Part shown: positions 1 to 12,310 of the stretch, one piece after another
How the letters are laid out: every line of letters begins with the position of its first letter
How positions within the stretch are numbered: position 1 is the first letter of the stretch
Source of the DNA: Octopus vulgaris
Lineage: Eukaryota
Direction: 5' to 3'
NCBI GenBank assembly: GCA_951406725.2
Contig: OX597821.1
Location: forward strand, 13,950,001-14,014,000
DNA length: 64,000 nt
Program-made: the position numbers and the translations under genes
The notes under the pieces: generated by a model
What the model was told of the DNA's origin: nothing
The model's input: only the letters and a program-made list of their open reading frames with translations
The model's database searches: none

Positions 1-591
1 TTTCTTTGACGTTATGGCATTGCTTGAGGACGATTTCGCTGTTATTTCTAGCAGGTCGAGTGGGTAGGAGATCAGCATACACGATATGTCGGTAATTGGA
101 GGTTTTCGATTTGTTAAAATTATTCATCTTAAAATGATAACTAATGAATTAAATTTTAAGAAGAAAAAATCAATGCGAATTTCGTCATTAGCAAAACAAA
201 TTTATTTTGAAAATAATCTGGTGAAAATTTGAAAAACTTGATACAACTGGAAGAAATTTAACAAGATCCGATAAAATATATAAACTTGTACGTCTTTAAA
301 GTATTTCTCAAGACCAAGGAACTTGAAACGAAATCAAGAGAAGCCACGAAGGACAACCGAGATAAAATTAAAACATTCAAGAAAAATAACCAACAGTGTT
401 TATTGCAAGAGTTAGTGCCCTTTGTTAAAGAAAATTGCTGGTAGTTTCCTTGTTGCTTTCGTTTAGGTTTAGCTTAAGTTAATCTTCGTATTAGTTACTT
501 TGTTCTGATTCAAAACACTGGGCCATATGTAAATAAATCTAGGTAGATAAAATGCTTACTGTAAAATAAAGTCCCATGATGTGATGTATAA

Positions 592-758
592 CGCAGGAGT
601 GGCCGTGTGGTAAGTAGCTTGCTAACCAACCACATGGTTCTGGGTTCAGTCCCACTGCATGGCATCTTGGGCAATGTCTTCTGCTATAGCCCCGGGCTGA
701 CCAATGCCTTGTGAGTGGATTTGGTAGACGGAAACTGAAAGAAGCCTGTCGTATATAT

Positions 759-796
<38 letters not shown>

Positions 797-1003
797 TTGT
801 GTGTCTGTGTTTGTTCCCCTAGCATTGCTTGACAACCGATGCTGGTGTGTTTACGTCCCCGTTACTTAGCGGTTCGGCAAAAAGAGACCGATAGAATAAG
901 TACTGGGCTTACAAAAAGAATAAGTCCCGGGGTCGAGTTGCTCGACTAAAAGGCGGGTGCTCCAGCATGGCCGCAGTCAAATGACTGAAACAAGTAAAAG
1001 AGA
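592..1003 (+). mobile_element. tRNA-derived SINE family A (~400-450 bp, internal (TA)n(TG)n, AAAAGAGT tail); representative copy
   Basis: Head GCAGGAGTGGCTGTGTGG (A box) and GGTTCAGTCCC (B box), then CORE-like (A/C)TCTTGGGCAA. Other copies (approx.): 3327-3820(-), 6423-7210(-), 9628-10020(+), 10478-10854(-), 13093-13497(-), 13830-14228(+), 20358-20782(+), 23143-23406(+), 23714-24130(-), 26133-26510(-), 32824-33240(-), 33759-34173(+), 34215-34555(+), 37316-37727(+), 38019-38466(+), 38755-39146(-), 39453-39854(-), 40462-40836(-), 49806-50184(+), 61657-62040(-). Confidence 0.92.
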
Positions 1004-1407
1004 GAGAAAAGAAAGAACACTTAATGTACAAGGTCAGATATTTTCAGGGAAAGAGGGTTCGTCGATACCATCAAGTCCCTTACTTGATTGGTACATTAGT
1101 TTATTGACTCCGGAGGAATTACTGACCACGTTGACTTCGGCGGGATTTGTACATTGGGTTGGAATAAATAGCACAAAGCCATTTTTTCCGATGCTCTATC
1201 GATTCTAACAGCTCATCGATGTGTAATGGCTTGCGCTTACCCCATTCGATTATATATTTACGGATTACATTTACCATTTCTTCATTTACAGTGATTTATT
1301 TTTTGTTTCGTCTTTTATTTTTATCATTTACCTTCTTTTTTTTTTACTTATTTTGGTCATTGGATTGTGGTCATGCTGGGGCATTTTCTAAAGTCTAGTA
1401 CTTATTC

Positions 1408-1603
1408 CAGTGCTTTTCAAACTTTTTACTGGAGCGGAACCCCAAGGAAACATTCCACTGGCTCAGGGAACCCCTGTGCAATAATTTAATAGTCTTATGC
1501 ACACATATCTGCACAGGAGAATTAAAAATTACTGCCGATTTTAGCATTTTTGTAACTTCTTGCGGAACCACTGGACTGGCGGAACCCTGGTTGAAAACCA
1601 CTG
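1408..1603. mobile_element. hAT-type MITE (same family as 42429, opposite orientation) nested in an old SINE
   Basis: Same TIRs; TSD ACTTATTC / ACTTACTC. Confidence 0.88.
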
Positions 1604-1953
1604 ACTTACTCTATCGATTTCTTTTGCCGAACCTCTAAGTTATGGGCACGTAAACAATTATCACCGGTTGTCAAGCAGTGTGTGTGGGGGACGGAGGAGA
1701 ACACACACACACACATGTACATACATGTCGAACAATGAGAATGTGTGCTCAGGACAGCATTCATGGATAAGTACACAAATAAAGAAATTATATAAAATGG
1801 TGGTTTGTTGCCAACTTAATGTGGCAGTCTCAGGAAAGGGGAAAATGCTTCTGCCATTTAGCCTGAGGAAACATCCTTTCCATTCGGTTATGTGACACAA
1901 ACGTCCTGCGTCTTTAAGTCTTCAAACAGGGAGGATAAGCACCTCCACACAGC

Positions 1954-1990
<37 letters not shown>

Positions 1991-1994
<4 letters not shown>

Positions 1995-2189
1995 TAATCC
2001 AAACGAGAAAACAAAAAAACACAACAACGCGAGGACGTGGAACAAATATAGTATTATTGGACGCTCAGGAAAGAAGGAGGGTTTAACGTTTCGAGCGGAG
2101 CACTTCGTGGGAAACATAGGAGAAGGAAAGATCCAGAGAAGGGAAGACAGAGGGAAAAAAATCACCAACGGTACACACGAGGTCACATT
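1991..2189 (-). mobile_element. Penelope-like terminal repeat fragment between (TA)n tracts, with a degenerate minimal hammerhead motif
   Basis: Minus strand GTTT-CCCACGA-AGTGCTCCGCTC-GAAACGTT-AAAC at 2115-2081; a related fragment lies at about 51530-51637(+). Family assignment is inferred. Confidence 0.5.
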
Positions 2190-2218
2190 TTATATATATA
2201 TATATATATTGGTAAAAA

Positions 2219-2303
2219 CGGTAAGATGGCCAGATAACCGAAGAGATGGTGTTGTGGATTTCCACCTCGGCATCCGAAACTCAGAGTTTCATCTTGGCTA
2301 CCG
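2219..2303 (+). ncRNA. Candidate type I hammerhead ribozyme (variant core) in a ~105-bp (TA)n-flanked insert
   Basis: Core CCGAAGA 2238-2244; stem II GATG/CATC; GAAA 2276-2279; stem III ACTC-A-GAGT; GUU triplet; bulged stem I. Folded by eye; core deviates (U4C, extra C). Confidence 0.5.
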
Positions 2304-2311
2304 AATAATTG

Positions 2312-2601
<290 letters not shown>

Positions 2602-3525
2602 GAAGGCACATAGCCTAGTGGTCAAGGTGCTTCACTAAAAATAAAAAGATAGTGGTTTCGATTCCCAGACTAAGCAGTATATTGTCTTCTTGGGCAAAAA
2701 CGCCTTCATTTCACATTGCTCCAATCAACTCAGGTGATAAAAAGTTTCAGCAATGACTGAGAATTTAACTCTGCGATGGACCAGTGTCCTGTTCAACCAG
2801 GTGAGTTATAATTTCTTTTTTTTTTTATTTATTTTTTATTGCCCACAAGGGGCTAAACACAGAGGGGACAAACAAGGACAGACAAACAGATTAAGTCGAT
2901 TACATTGACCCCAGTGCATAACTGGTACTTAATTTATCGACCCCGAAAAGATGAAAGGCAAAATCGACCTCAGCGGAATTTGAACTCAGAATGCAGAAGC
3001 GGACGAAATAACAGAAAGCATTTCGCCTGGCTTGCTAACGTTTCTGCCAGCTCGCCGCCTTAAATTATAATTTCATGAGTTATAATTTCATGTACTTATA
3101 CACCATGGATAGACGGGTTAAGTTCTGGCCAGAAGACATTTTGGGCCTCATAACAGAACTAAGTTTAAAGTAAGAGTAGGAGGCTGTTTTATGCTCAAAC
3201 CAGCCAGATAATGTATGATTAATTCAAAACAGTGTGACTAAACAAGCGTTACATTTGGCGAAGTAATCATAAAAGATGTTACATAGTGAATGGGATATTA
3301 TCAGAAAATATAAACCACTACAAGGAATACTCTTTTTACTCTTTTACTTGTTTCAGTCATTTGACTGCGGCCATGCTGGAGCACCGCCTTTAGTCGAGCA
3401 AATCGACCACGGGACTTATTCTTTGTAAGCCCAGTCCTTATTCTATCGGTCTCTTTTGCCGAACCGCTAAGTGATGGGGACGTAAACACACCAGCATCGG
3501 TTGTCAAGCAATGCTGGGGCAACAA

Positions 3526-3556
<31 letters not shown>

Positions 3557-4131
3557 GATATATACGACAGGCTTCTTTCAGTTTCCGTCTGAAATGCTAG
3601 GGGGACAAACACAGACACACAAACATACATGCACACACATATATATATACATATATACGACGGGCTTCTTTCAGTTTCCGTCTACCAAATCCACTCACAA
3701 GGCATTGGTCGGCCCGGGGCTATAGCAGAAGACACTTGACCAAGGTGCCACGCAGTGGGACTGAACCCGGAACCATGTGGTTGGTAGACAAGCTACTTAC
3801 CACACAGCCACTCCTGCGCCTATTACTGTATTTTATTTTGAGATGCTCTGTGTTTCTTTCAATTACTTTAAATACCACGAAGAATTTAGTAAAATAGTGT
3901 TATGGACATAAATTGTGACAAAGATTTGGTGGAAGATTTTAATTCAAAACTTATGAAAACAAGACATTTGTACTCAGAGCCAGAACCAGTTTCAGCCGGG
4001 TTGGTAATGAAAGGGTTAAATGTATTTTAATGGTTCCATTAGAATTTGTTTCAAAATCGTGATGTAATGAGTAAAAACTAGATTTTCAGTTGCAGTTATT
4101 TCCCTTTATATATAGGGAAACCCATAAGAGC

Positions 4132-4718
4132 TGTAGCAGGTATGATTCTTGGCCACTACTTCTGGTCTGATCTGAGTGTAGTCCTTAAAAGGACGGTTAT
4201 CACAATTAGATCCGATCCAAAAATAGTCCTAAAAAGGACTATTATCATAATTAGATCAGGTCTGAGAGTAGTCCTAAAAAGGACTGTTATCGCATTCAGA
4301 TCAGACTTGAATTAACCCTGAAAAGGACTGTGGTCGTAATCAGCAAAACTGGACAGATGAAAGCAGTAGTTGAAAGGACGAGCAGACAAGAGGTGTAAGT
4401 TTATACAGCGATTTATTTTAGGCGTGAAATAGCAGTACAAAGGTTCGAGGCGGCGTGAGTGGCGAGCGTGGCAGGCGAGAGGGACACGATTTACATAGGT
4501 CGAGTGCCAAAAAGCCAACTGCTTTTACAGCAATTTATGATGTCTATTTATACAAAAATATCAGCAGTGATGTTTAGCCAGTGTCCAATAGAATGGCAGG
4601 TAGGTAGCTTTTGTCCAATGAAAGGTCAGGCAAGTCGCTGGGGGTAGTTGCTTTGTTTTCTCTGTTGATGGCAGATATATTTCCGGTGTCCGTGCAAGTT
4701 ACTTCCAGTGACTGTACA
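4132..4718. mobile_element. Solo LTR (587 bp) with 4-bp TSD GAGC
   Basis: TGTA...TACA termini; GAGC at 4128-4131 and 4719-4722; the empty site is visible in a local duplicate at 5834-5837; internal 45-bp tandem units. Confidence 0.78.
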
Positions 4719-4979
4719 GAGCCATCTCTGATTTGATGCAAAGTTGATCAATCACTCATCTAGTTACTAAATGTGAAACAGTTCATTAAGACCTCACCTT
4801 CTTTAGTAATTTCCATAAATTTTTTTCGCACACACGCTACATATATATAGGGAGTATTTCTAAAGTTCTGTGAAAGGGGGCACACAGAGCTACAAAAGGT
4901 TGAGAGCTGCTACTATATATAAACAGCAATTATATGACTATGTATTACAACAGCAAAAAGTATGTTTCCATAGATCTCA

Positions 4980-5250
4980 TCTCACCTCATTTGCCCACTT
5001 ATTTCTGGGTGGGTCATGGAGGCAAAGTCCTCAAGCATGCCTTCCATTAAGTCCAGTCAGTAGCAGTCATCTCCAATCGATCTGGCAGGATCACCCAAGC
5101 AAGGAGACCAACTGAACTCATAGATGTTATCCAACCAGCTTACTTGTAGCCTAACCGTGGGTCTCCTGTTGGTTGCTTTTGCACATTAAATGTGTTCCGT
5201 GATTCTTTCTTGAGATATTTTTGCTACATGTTCTTGGTACCAGAGCCATG
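4980..5250 (-). mobile_element. Old RTE-like LINE 3' fragment
   Basis: Degenerate reading LWYQEHVAKISQER...RRPTVRLQVSWLDNI resembles W.GHV.RM...RP.GRP...W.D.I. Confidence 0.45.
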
Positions 5251-6660
5251 ATTTCTCGTCTCAAAGTGGCAGCTGTCTGAAGCACCTCTCTGAACTCTGA
5301 GGTATGTACACTATTGAGTAATGTCACTCCAAAAACCCTTCATAGAAACCCCCATTTCAGTTACTTGTATTTGTAATTATAATCTTTTCATTATTATGAT
5401 TAGAAGCAGTTTGTTACCATAGTTAACCTCTGAATTTTCAAGAAAATACCTCTTTCTTCTTACAAGTATAGCCTGAATATTAATCCTGTATATCTTTGGT
5501 TTAATAGTTATAGATTTAGGAAGGTGGTGAGCAGGCAAAAATGTTAGCACGCCGGGCGAAATGCTTAGCGGTATTTCATCTGTCGCTACGTTCTGAGTTC
5601 AAATTCCGCCGAGGTCGACTTTACCTTTCATCCTTTCGGGGTTGATTAAATAAGTACCAGTTACGCACTGGGATCGATATAATCCGTTTGTCTGTCCTTT
5701 CTATGTTTAGCCCCTTGTGGGTAGTAAAGAAATAGGTATTTTGTCTGTCTTTACATTCAAAATCGTGATGTAATGAGTAAAAACTAGATTTTCAGTTGCA
5801 GTTATTTCCCTTTACATATAGGAAAACCCATATGAGCCATCTCTGATCTCATGCAAAGTTGACCTCTCACCCATCGATGGATATTATTGGTTGCAAAATG
5901 TGAAACAGTTGATATATGACAAGCTTCTTTTTTTTTTTTTTTAATTACTTAAGCCCTTGGTATTCAGATTCCTCTTTCAAATGTAATGCTTATTTACAGT
6001 TTTTAATTATATCATAGCTTTGAGATTTGAATGACGTGATTGTTTTCTTTTTAAAATGACATTGTAGGGTAGGTGTGAGAGGTTGAATCTGGCTGGCTTG
6101 AACATAAAACAGGTAGAATATTTGACCTGGATATGACTGGCTTAAATGCTAAATGGTTAATCAGAGGAGGAAGGGGCAACATTCACAGACCTTTTAAGGG
6201 CCTTTGAGACAGGTGAGAGAAAAGGATGCTATTCTTAGATTGAAGAGTTCAATTGAATACTTACAATAGCATGAACTCCAGCTAAAAACACACAAGGACC
6301 AGATGATGGGATGATGTTTGACAAAAATAAAGCTCATAAACCACTTTATTATAAATCTCCCCAAGCTTCACTCTTCATTGCTGGCTCCCATAGTAACATT
6401 CCTGTCATTAAAGAACAATATTTACTCTTTTACTTGTTTCAGTCATTTGACTGCGGCCATGCTGGAGCACCGCCTTTAGTCGAGCAACACGACCCCCGGG
6501 ACTTATTCTTTTTGTAAGCCCAGTACTTATTCTATCAGTCTCTTTTTGCCGAACAGCTAAGTGATGGGGACATAAACACACCAGCATCGGTTGCGAAGCA
6601 ATGCTAGGAGGACAAACACAGACACACAAACACGTACACATACATATATATATATATATA

Positions 6661-7047
6661 CTAGCAGTATCGCCCGGCGTTGCTCAGGTTTGTAAGGGAA
6701 ATAACTATAAAGCATCTTTAGAGAGTTATAGCCAAAAAATAGCAAAAAAATGGAAAAAAAATGATGGTAAATTTTTTTTTGAGAGTAAAAAAAGGTTGAG
6801 TTGCGTCCCCTAGACAGTCTGTGGTTTGTTTTTTTTTATTCTCGACCCCATGTCGAATTTATCGATTTTTTTCAGAACTGGGGGAACTTTTCAAAATTTT
6901 CGCTGCGTTAGTTTTGAATTATGACATTGGGCTATGCGTGTGTCAAGTTTCATCAGAATCGGTTGAAAGCCGTGGTCAGGGTGAGGGTACGAGAAAACAG
7001 ACACACAGAAACACGCACAGACAAACTGCCGTTTATATATAGAGAGA
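6661..7047 (-). mobile_element. Non-autonomous Helitron-type element inserted in the (TA)n of a SINE-A
   Basis: 5'-TC...CTAG-3' ends between A and T, no TSD, subterminal hairpin CCTGAGCAACGCCGGG; near-identical to 21117-21495. Confidence 0.85.
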
Positions 7048-7734
7048 TATACGACAGGCTTCTTTCAGTTTCCATCTACCAAATCCACTCACATGGCTTT
7101 GGTCGGCCCGAGGCTATGGTAGAAGACACTTGCCCAAGGTGCCACGCAGTGGGACTGAACCCAGAACCATGTGGTTGGTAGGCAAGCTACTTACCACACA
7201 GCCACTCCTGCAATATTTTTTCCATTAGTTAAGGCGGTGAGCTAGCAGGATCACTAGCACGATAGGCAAAATGCTTGGATGCATTTCATCCATTCTTACG
7301 TTCTGAGTTCAAATTCTATCAAGGTCAACTTTACTTTTCATCCTTCCAGAATTGCTAAAATAAGTACCAGTTGAACACTGAGGTCAATGTAATCGACTTA
7401 CTGCCTCCTTCAAAATTGCTTCAGCCAAATTTTGAAAGCAATATTTTTTCCATTAGTTAAGGTGGTAGGCTACCAGAATTGCTTGCATGCCAGGCAAAAT
7501 GCTAAGCAGTATTTCATTTGTCTTTATGGTCTGAGTTCAGATCCTGCCAAAGTTGACTTCTCTTTTCATCCTTCCAGGGTCAATAAAATAAGTACTAGTT
7601 GAGCCCCTTCCCCAAAACTGCTGGTCTTGAGCCAAAATTCGAAACCAATATTAAGAATGACCAAATGCTGTCTGTAAGTACAATGTCCTATTCAGTTGAA
7701 CTGTTGACTTAATAAAATAGAGTATAAGCCATAA

Positions 7735-8130
7735 GGCGGCAAGCTGGCAGAAACGTTAGCACGCCGAGCAAAATGCGTAGCTGTATTTCGTCTGCCACTA
7801 CGTTCTGAGTTCAAATTCCGCCGAGGTCGACTTTGCCTTTCATCCTTTCAGAGTCAATAAATTAAGTACCAGTTACGCACTGGGGTCGATATAATCGACT
7901 TAATCCGTTTGTCTGTCCTTGGTCGTCCCCTGTGTTTAGCCCCTTGTGGATAGTAAAGAAATAGGTATTTCGTCTGTCTTTACGTTCTGAGTTCAAATTC
8001 CACTGAGGTCGACTTTGTCTTTCATCTTTTCGGGGTCTATAAATTAAGTACCAGTTGCATACTGAGGTTGATCGAATCGACCGCTCCACCTCCCCAAAAA
8101 TTTCAGGCCTTGTGCCTAGAGTAGAAAAGA
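7735..8130 (+). mobile_element. tRNA-derived SINE family B (partly dimeric); representative copy
   Basis: Head GGCGGCAAGCTGGCAGAA..GAGTTCAAATTCC and central GACTTTGCCTTTCATCCTTTC..TAAATTAAGTACCAG, recalling the MetaSINE domain (from memory). Other copies approx. 2838-3060(-), 5522-5755, 7233-7430, 7460-7650, 18300-18490(-), 18540-18733(-), 24300-24510, 39182-39372, 40880-41020(-), 45826-45970(-), 54428-54650, 59443-59652, 62480-62625(-). Confidence 0.85.
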
Positions 8131-8606
8131 ATATAGTATCAACCAAGCACTAGGAATTGACAAAATCATTTATACCATTCATGGGTAAACTGTGACCTGT
8201 GGTGTTCTCTGAATGGCATGCCTTACAAAAATTTACTTTGAATTTCTTTTAGTAGTGTGGCCTGCTTAATGATGAGCTATGTCTCAGGTGGCCCAATTCT
8301 CAAAAAAGTTGCCCTCCCCTGGTCTTTACCTCTCCCCCAATTTGGAGGAATGTGCTAATTTTAGAAATTGGTATAAGGAATAGACGAGGGTTGTGAAATA
8401 GCATAATCAATAGAGTGTCTGACTAAAAATACCATGTGGTATTTAGTTTACATTCTGATTAAAAATCATCCCAAACTCAATTTTGTACTTCATTTTGGGA
8501 TAAAATAAATAACAGCCAAGAACTGGGGTCCATAAACCCAACTATATTTCTTACCCTAATGTGAAAACCTCGTAACTTTATTACAAATTAACCCTTTGAT
8601 GTTTAA

Positions 8607-8828
8607 CCCTTTCGTTACTGTATTTCTGTTGAGACGATCTGTGTTTCTTTCAATTAATTTTAAATATAACTAAGAATTTAGTAAAATAACTTAGTTATCA
8701 TTCAGCTAGTGTTAGGAACATAAATTGTGACTAAGGTTTGGTGGAAGATTTTAATTCAAAACTTATGAAAACAATACATTTGTACTACAGAGCCAGAGGC
8801 AGTTTCTGCCGGGTTAGTAACGAAAGAG
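8607..8828. mobile_element. piggyBac-like MITE family M1 (~220 bp, TIR CCCTTTCGTTAC, TTAA TSD); representative copy
   Basis: TTAA-flanked TIRs; copies at 24666-24885, 25440-25660, 26646-26856, 27807-28027, 40217-40438, 57946-58522, 58921-59130; partial 3822-4016; diverged ~12805-13026. Confidence 0.88.
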
Positions 8829-9151
8829 TTAAACCATCCATAACTAACCCAAATATCCCAGCTGTTTTATGTTCAAACTGGACAGGTTGGCTTCTCACAT
8901 CTGCCCTACAATGTCATTTGAGAGACAAACAATCACTCATGAAATCTCAAAGCTACAAGATAATACTTGATTAATTAAAAACAATATGAATGCTAAAGGG
9001 TTAATGGATGATAGAAACAACGATGCTAAACAAATTGCTGTATTGTATTTAGTTATCTTAAAATTTCTAATTCAAATCACATTGACTATATTACTTTCTA
9101 AGGTGCAGGTGTCTCATAAGCAGGGAGACAATTCAGTCATCTTTACTCTAA

Positions 9152-9355
9152 CTCTTTAGCATTCAGATTACTTTGTCGAGTGTAATACTTAGTTATTCAC
9201 ATTGCTTCAAATTAATCATATGTTATCTAGTGGCTTTGAGATTTCAATGATGTGACTGTATATGTTTAGAATGTCACTGCAGGGTAAGTGTGAGAGGCCA
9301 GGTCTGGCCAGTCTGAATATTTGGGCCAGATGTGACCAGTTAAAATGCTGAAGGG
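9152..9355. mobile_element. piggyBac-like MITE family M2 (TIR CCCTTTAGCATT, TTAA-type ends); representative copy
   Basis: Copies approx. 5953-6156, 8592-9000, 9360-9569, 10137-10330, 25303-26091, 27676-28120, 37745-37961, 63565-63766. Confidence 0.8.
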
Positions 9356-12254
9356 TTAACATTTAATCTGGCCGTATCTGGCCTAAATAGTCTACCTGTT
9401 TTGTTAAAACAGACCAAGTTCAATATCTCACACCTACCCTACAATGTCATTCTAAAAATATAGAAACCTACCGTTGAAATCTTGAAGTTACAAGCTAATC
9501 TGTGATAAATTCAAAACAATGTGAATAAATAAGCAATACATTTGACAAAGAAATCTGAATGCTAAAGAGTTAACCTTACCCTAGAGACTTTAGATTTTGT
9601 AACAAAATCAAAAATTTATATGACATAGGCATAGGAGTGGCTGTGTGGTAAGTAGCTTGCTTACGAACCACATGGTTCCAGGTTCAGTCCCACTACGTGG
9701 CACCTTGGGCAAGTGTTTTCTACTATAGCCTCAGGCTAACCAAAGTCCGTCTACCAAAATTTGGTAGACGGAAACTGAAAGAAACCCGTTGTATATATGT
9801 ATATATGTGTTTGTGTGTGTGTGCATATGTTTGTTCCCCCAACATCGCTTGACAACTGATGCTGGTGTGTTTACATCCCCGTAACTTAGCGGTTCAGCAA
9901 AAGAAACCGATTGAGAAAAAGTACTAGTCTTACAAAGTGTAAATCCTGGGGTCGATTTCCTCGACTAAAGGCGGTGCTCCAGCATGGCCACAGTCACATG
10001 ACTGAAACAAGGAAAAGAGTATCTGACCAAAGCCAGTTGAGAGGAAATGATAGAATATAGGATCATGAATTGAAATCGCACCAGGTTTAACTGAAACTTC
10101 CATGTGTTTGGACTTCATTGTTATTCATCTTTGTAACCCTTTAGCGTTCAAATTAATATGTCATAAGTAATCCTTATTCATTTACATTTTAAAAAATTCA
10201 TCTGGTAGCTTCAAGATTTGAAAGATGTGTTTATTTTTAGAATTACATTGCAGGGTAGGTGTGAGATACTGGTTCTGGCCAGTTTGAACATAAAATGAGT
10301 AGAATATTCGGGCCGGATATAGCCGGATTAAACAGTATATAAAGAAAGATAGTTCTATGACAATTGCAGTCGTTTCTCAGCTGGAAATAAATGTAATTCA
10401 GGATCAGTTTGAACAACTGGAGTTGAAGATCAACATTTGTAGGGAAAATGTAGATGGGGAAGGGAAAGGAAAAGAATTACTCTTTACTCTTTTACTTGTT
10501 TCAGTCATTTGACTGTGGCCATGCTGGAGCACCGCCTTTAATTGAGCAACTCGACAATGGGACTTATTCTTTTATAAGCCCAGTACTTATTCTATCAGTC
10601 TCTTTTGCCGAACCGCTAAGTAACGGGGACGTAAACACACCAGCATCGGTTGTCAAGCAATGCTAGGGGTACAAACACACACACACACAAACATACACGC
10701 ACACACACACACATATACATATATACGACGGACTTCTTTCAGTTTCCGTCTACCAAATCCACTCACAAGGCATTGGTCGGCCCGGGGCTATAGCAGAAGA
10801 CACTTGCCCAAGGTGCCACGCAGTGGGACTGAACCCAGAACCATGTGGTTGGTTGCAGCAGAGAAAAAAATATTTGGACAGTGATTAGTGTAGAAAGAGG
10901 TCTAGTGAATGAATGAATGAAAGTATGAGAAGGAAAGTGAGGTGTACAAGGTGAGCAAGGACAAAGGCATGCATCGTTTGTATTAATTGAGATAGCTTGG
11001 CTGTATGGTAAGTTTACTTCCTACCATATGGTATCAAGGCCAAGTGACTTCTACTGTAATCCAAGGCCAACCAAAGCCTTGTGGATAGATTTAATAGACT
11101 GAAAAAAGCCAACAATGTGTGTGGACATTGTTGGCTGTCCATTGTATCAGCATCGAATGTTCTGTTCAGGCTTCTCTGAAATAAAATGCTTTGGACAGTA
11201 AGACAGTTGGCATCGTCCCCAGAGAGCCTTCACACCAAGTTGTGTACGAGAGTGCCATGAGTATGGTCAATGATGAGGCTGTCCCGCAGTAGCAGCTCAC
11301 TTGCTAGTTGATGCCAAACCATTCTCTCATGGTACAGATCTTGCACCTGGTCACAATAACTTTCAAGGTTGTTGTTCCAGGACTCTTCCACTTTGTCGGT
11401 TATCTGTCTTTACCATATCCCTGGCACAGGAGGCTAAGGTGCCACACTAGACTATGAACAGAAGGGGTGACTGACTTTCCCTGTTTACAAATTGCCACTG
11501 ATGTGGGTACCATAGTGTGTGTGTGTGTGTATAACAAACGATAAGAGACAGAAAGTGGAATATACAAGAAATTTTATTGCTTACAACAATCATTTCAATG
11601 CATCTTGCATCGATCCCTCACAGGTGGGATGCTGTACAACTGGTTGTGGATCATCCCTTGGTGCAGTCGCATTTCCTCAGCTCATGTTATGAGGGATATC
11701 TTGTTAAATAAACTCGCTTTCACTCAGTTTTAATACAGCATGTTCTTAGTGACAGTATGTTTAAGCCAGTATATATCATCATCATCGTTTAACACCCACT
11801 TTCCATGCTAGCATGGATTGGACGATTTGACTGAGGACTGGTAAACCAGATGGCTGCACCAGACTCCAATCTTGATTTGGCAGAGTTTCTACAGCTAGAT
11901 GCCCTTCCTAACGCCAACCACTCCCAGAGTGTAGTGGGTGCTTTTACATGCCACCGGCACAAGGGCCAGTTAGGTGGTACAGGCAACAGTCACGGAAACA
12001 TTGTTTTTTTTTTACATGTCACCTGCACAAGTGCCAGTAAGGCAACGCTGATAACGATCACACTCAAATAGTGCTTTTTATGTGCCAGCAGCATGAACAC
12101 CAGTTAGCCGCTCTGGCAATGAACACACTCGGTTGGTGCTCTTAGTGCTCCACTAGCACAGATGCCAGTCATTGAATTTGATTTTGTTTCTGATTTCACT
12201 TGCCTCAACAGGTCTTTGCAAGCAGTGTCCAAAGAAGGAAAGGTACGCAAAAGT

Positions 12255-12310
<56 letters not shown>

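Noticed and set aside
1-540. Possible exon or promoter at the window start
   Set aside because: No convincing ORF, splice-site pair or motif set; context is cut off by the window edge.
539-835. Recurrent ORFs beginning MSSNARGT, MLGGQTQT or containing FQSFDCGHAGAPP
   Set aside because: All are translations of SINE-A copies.
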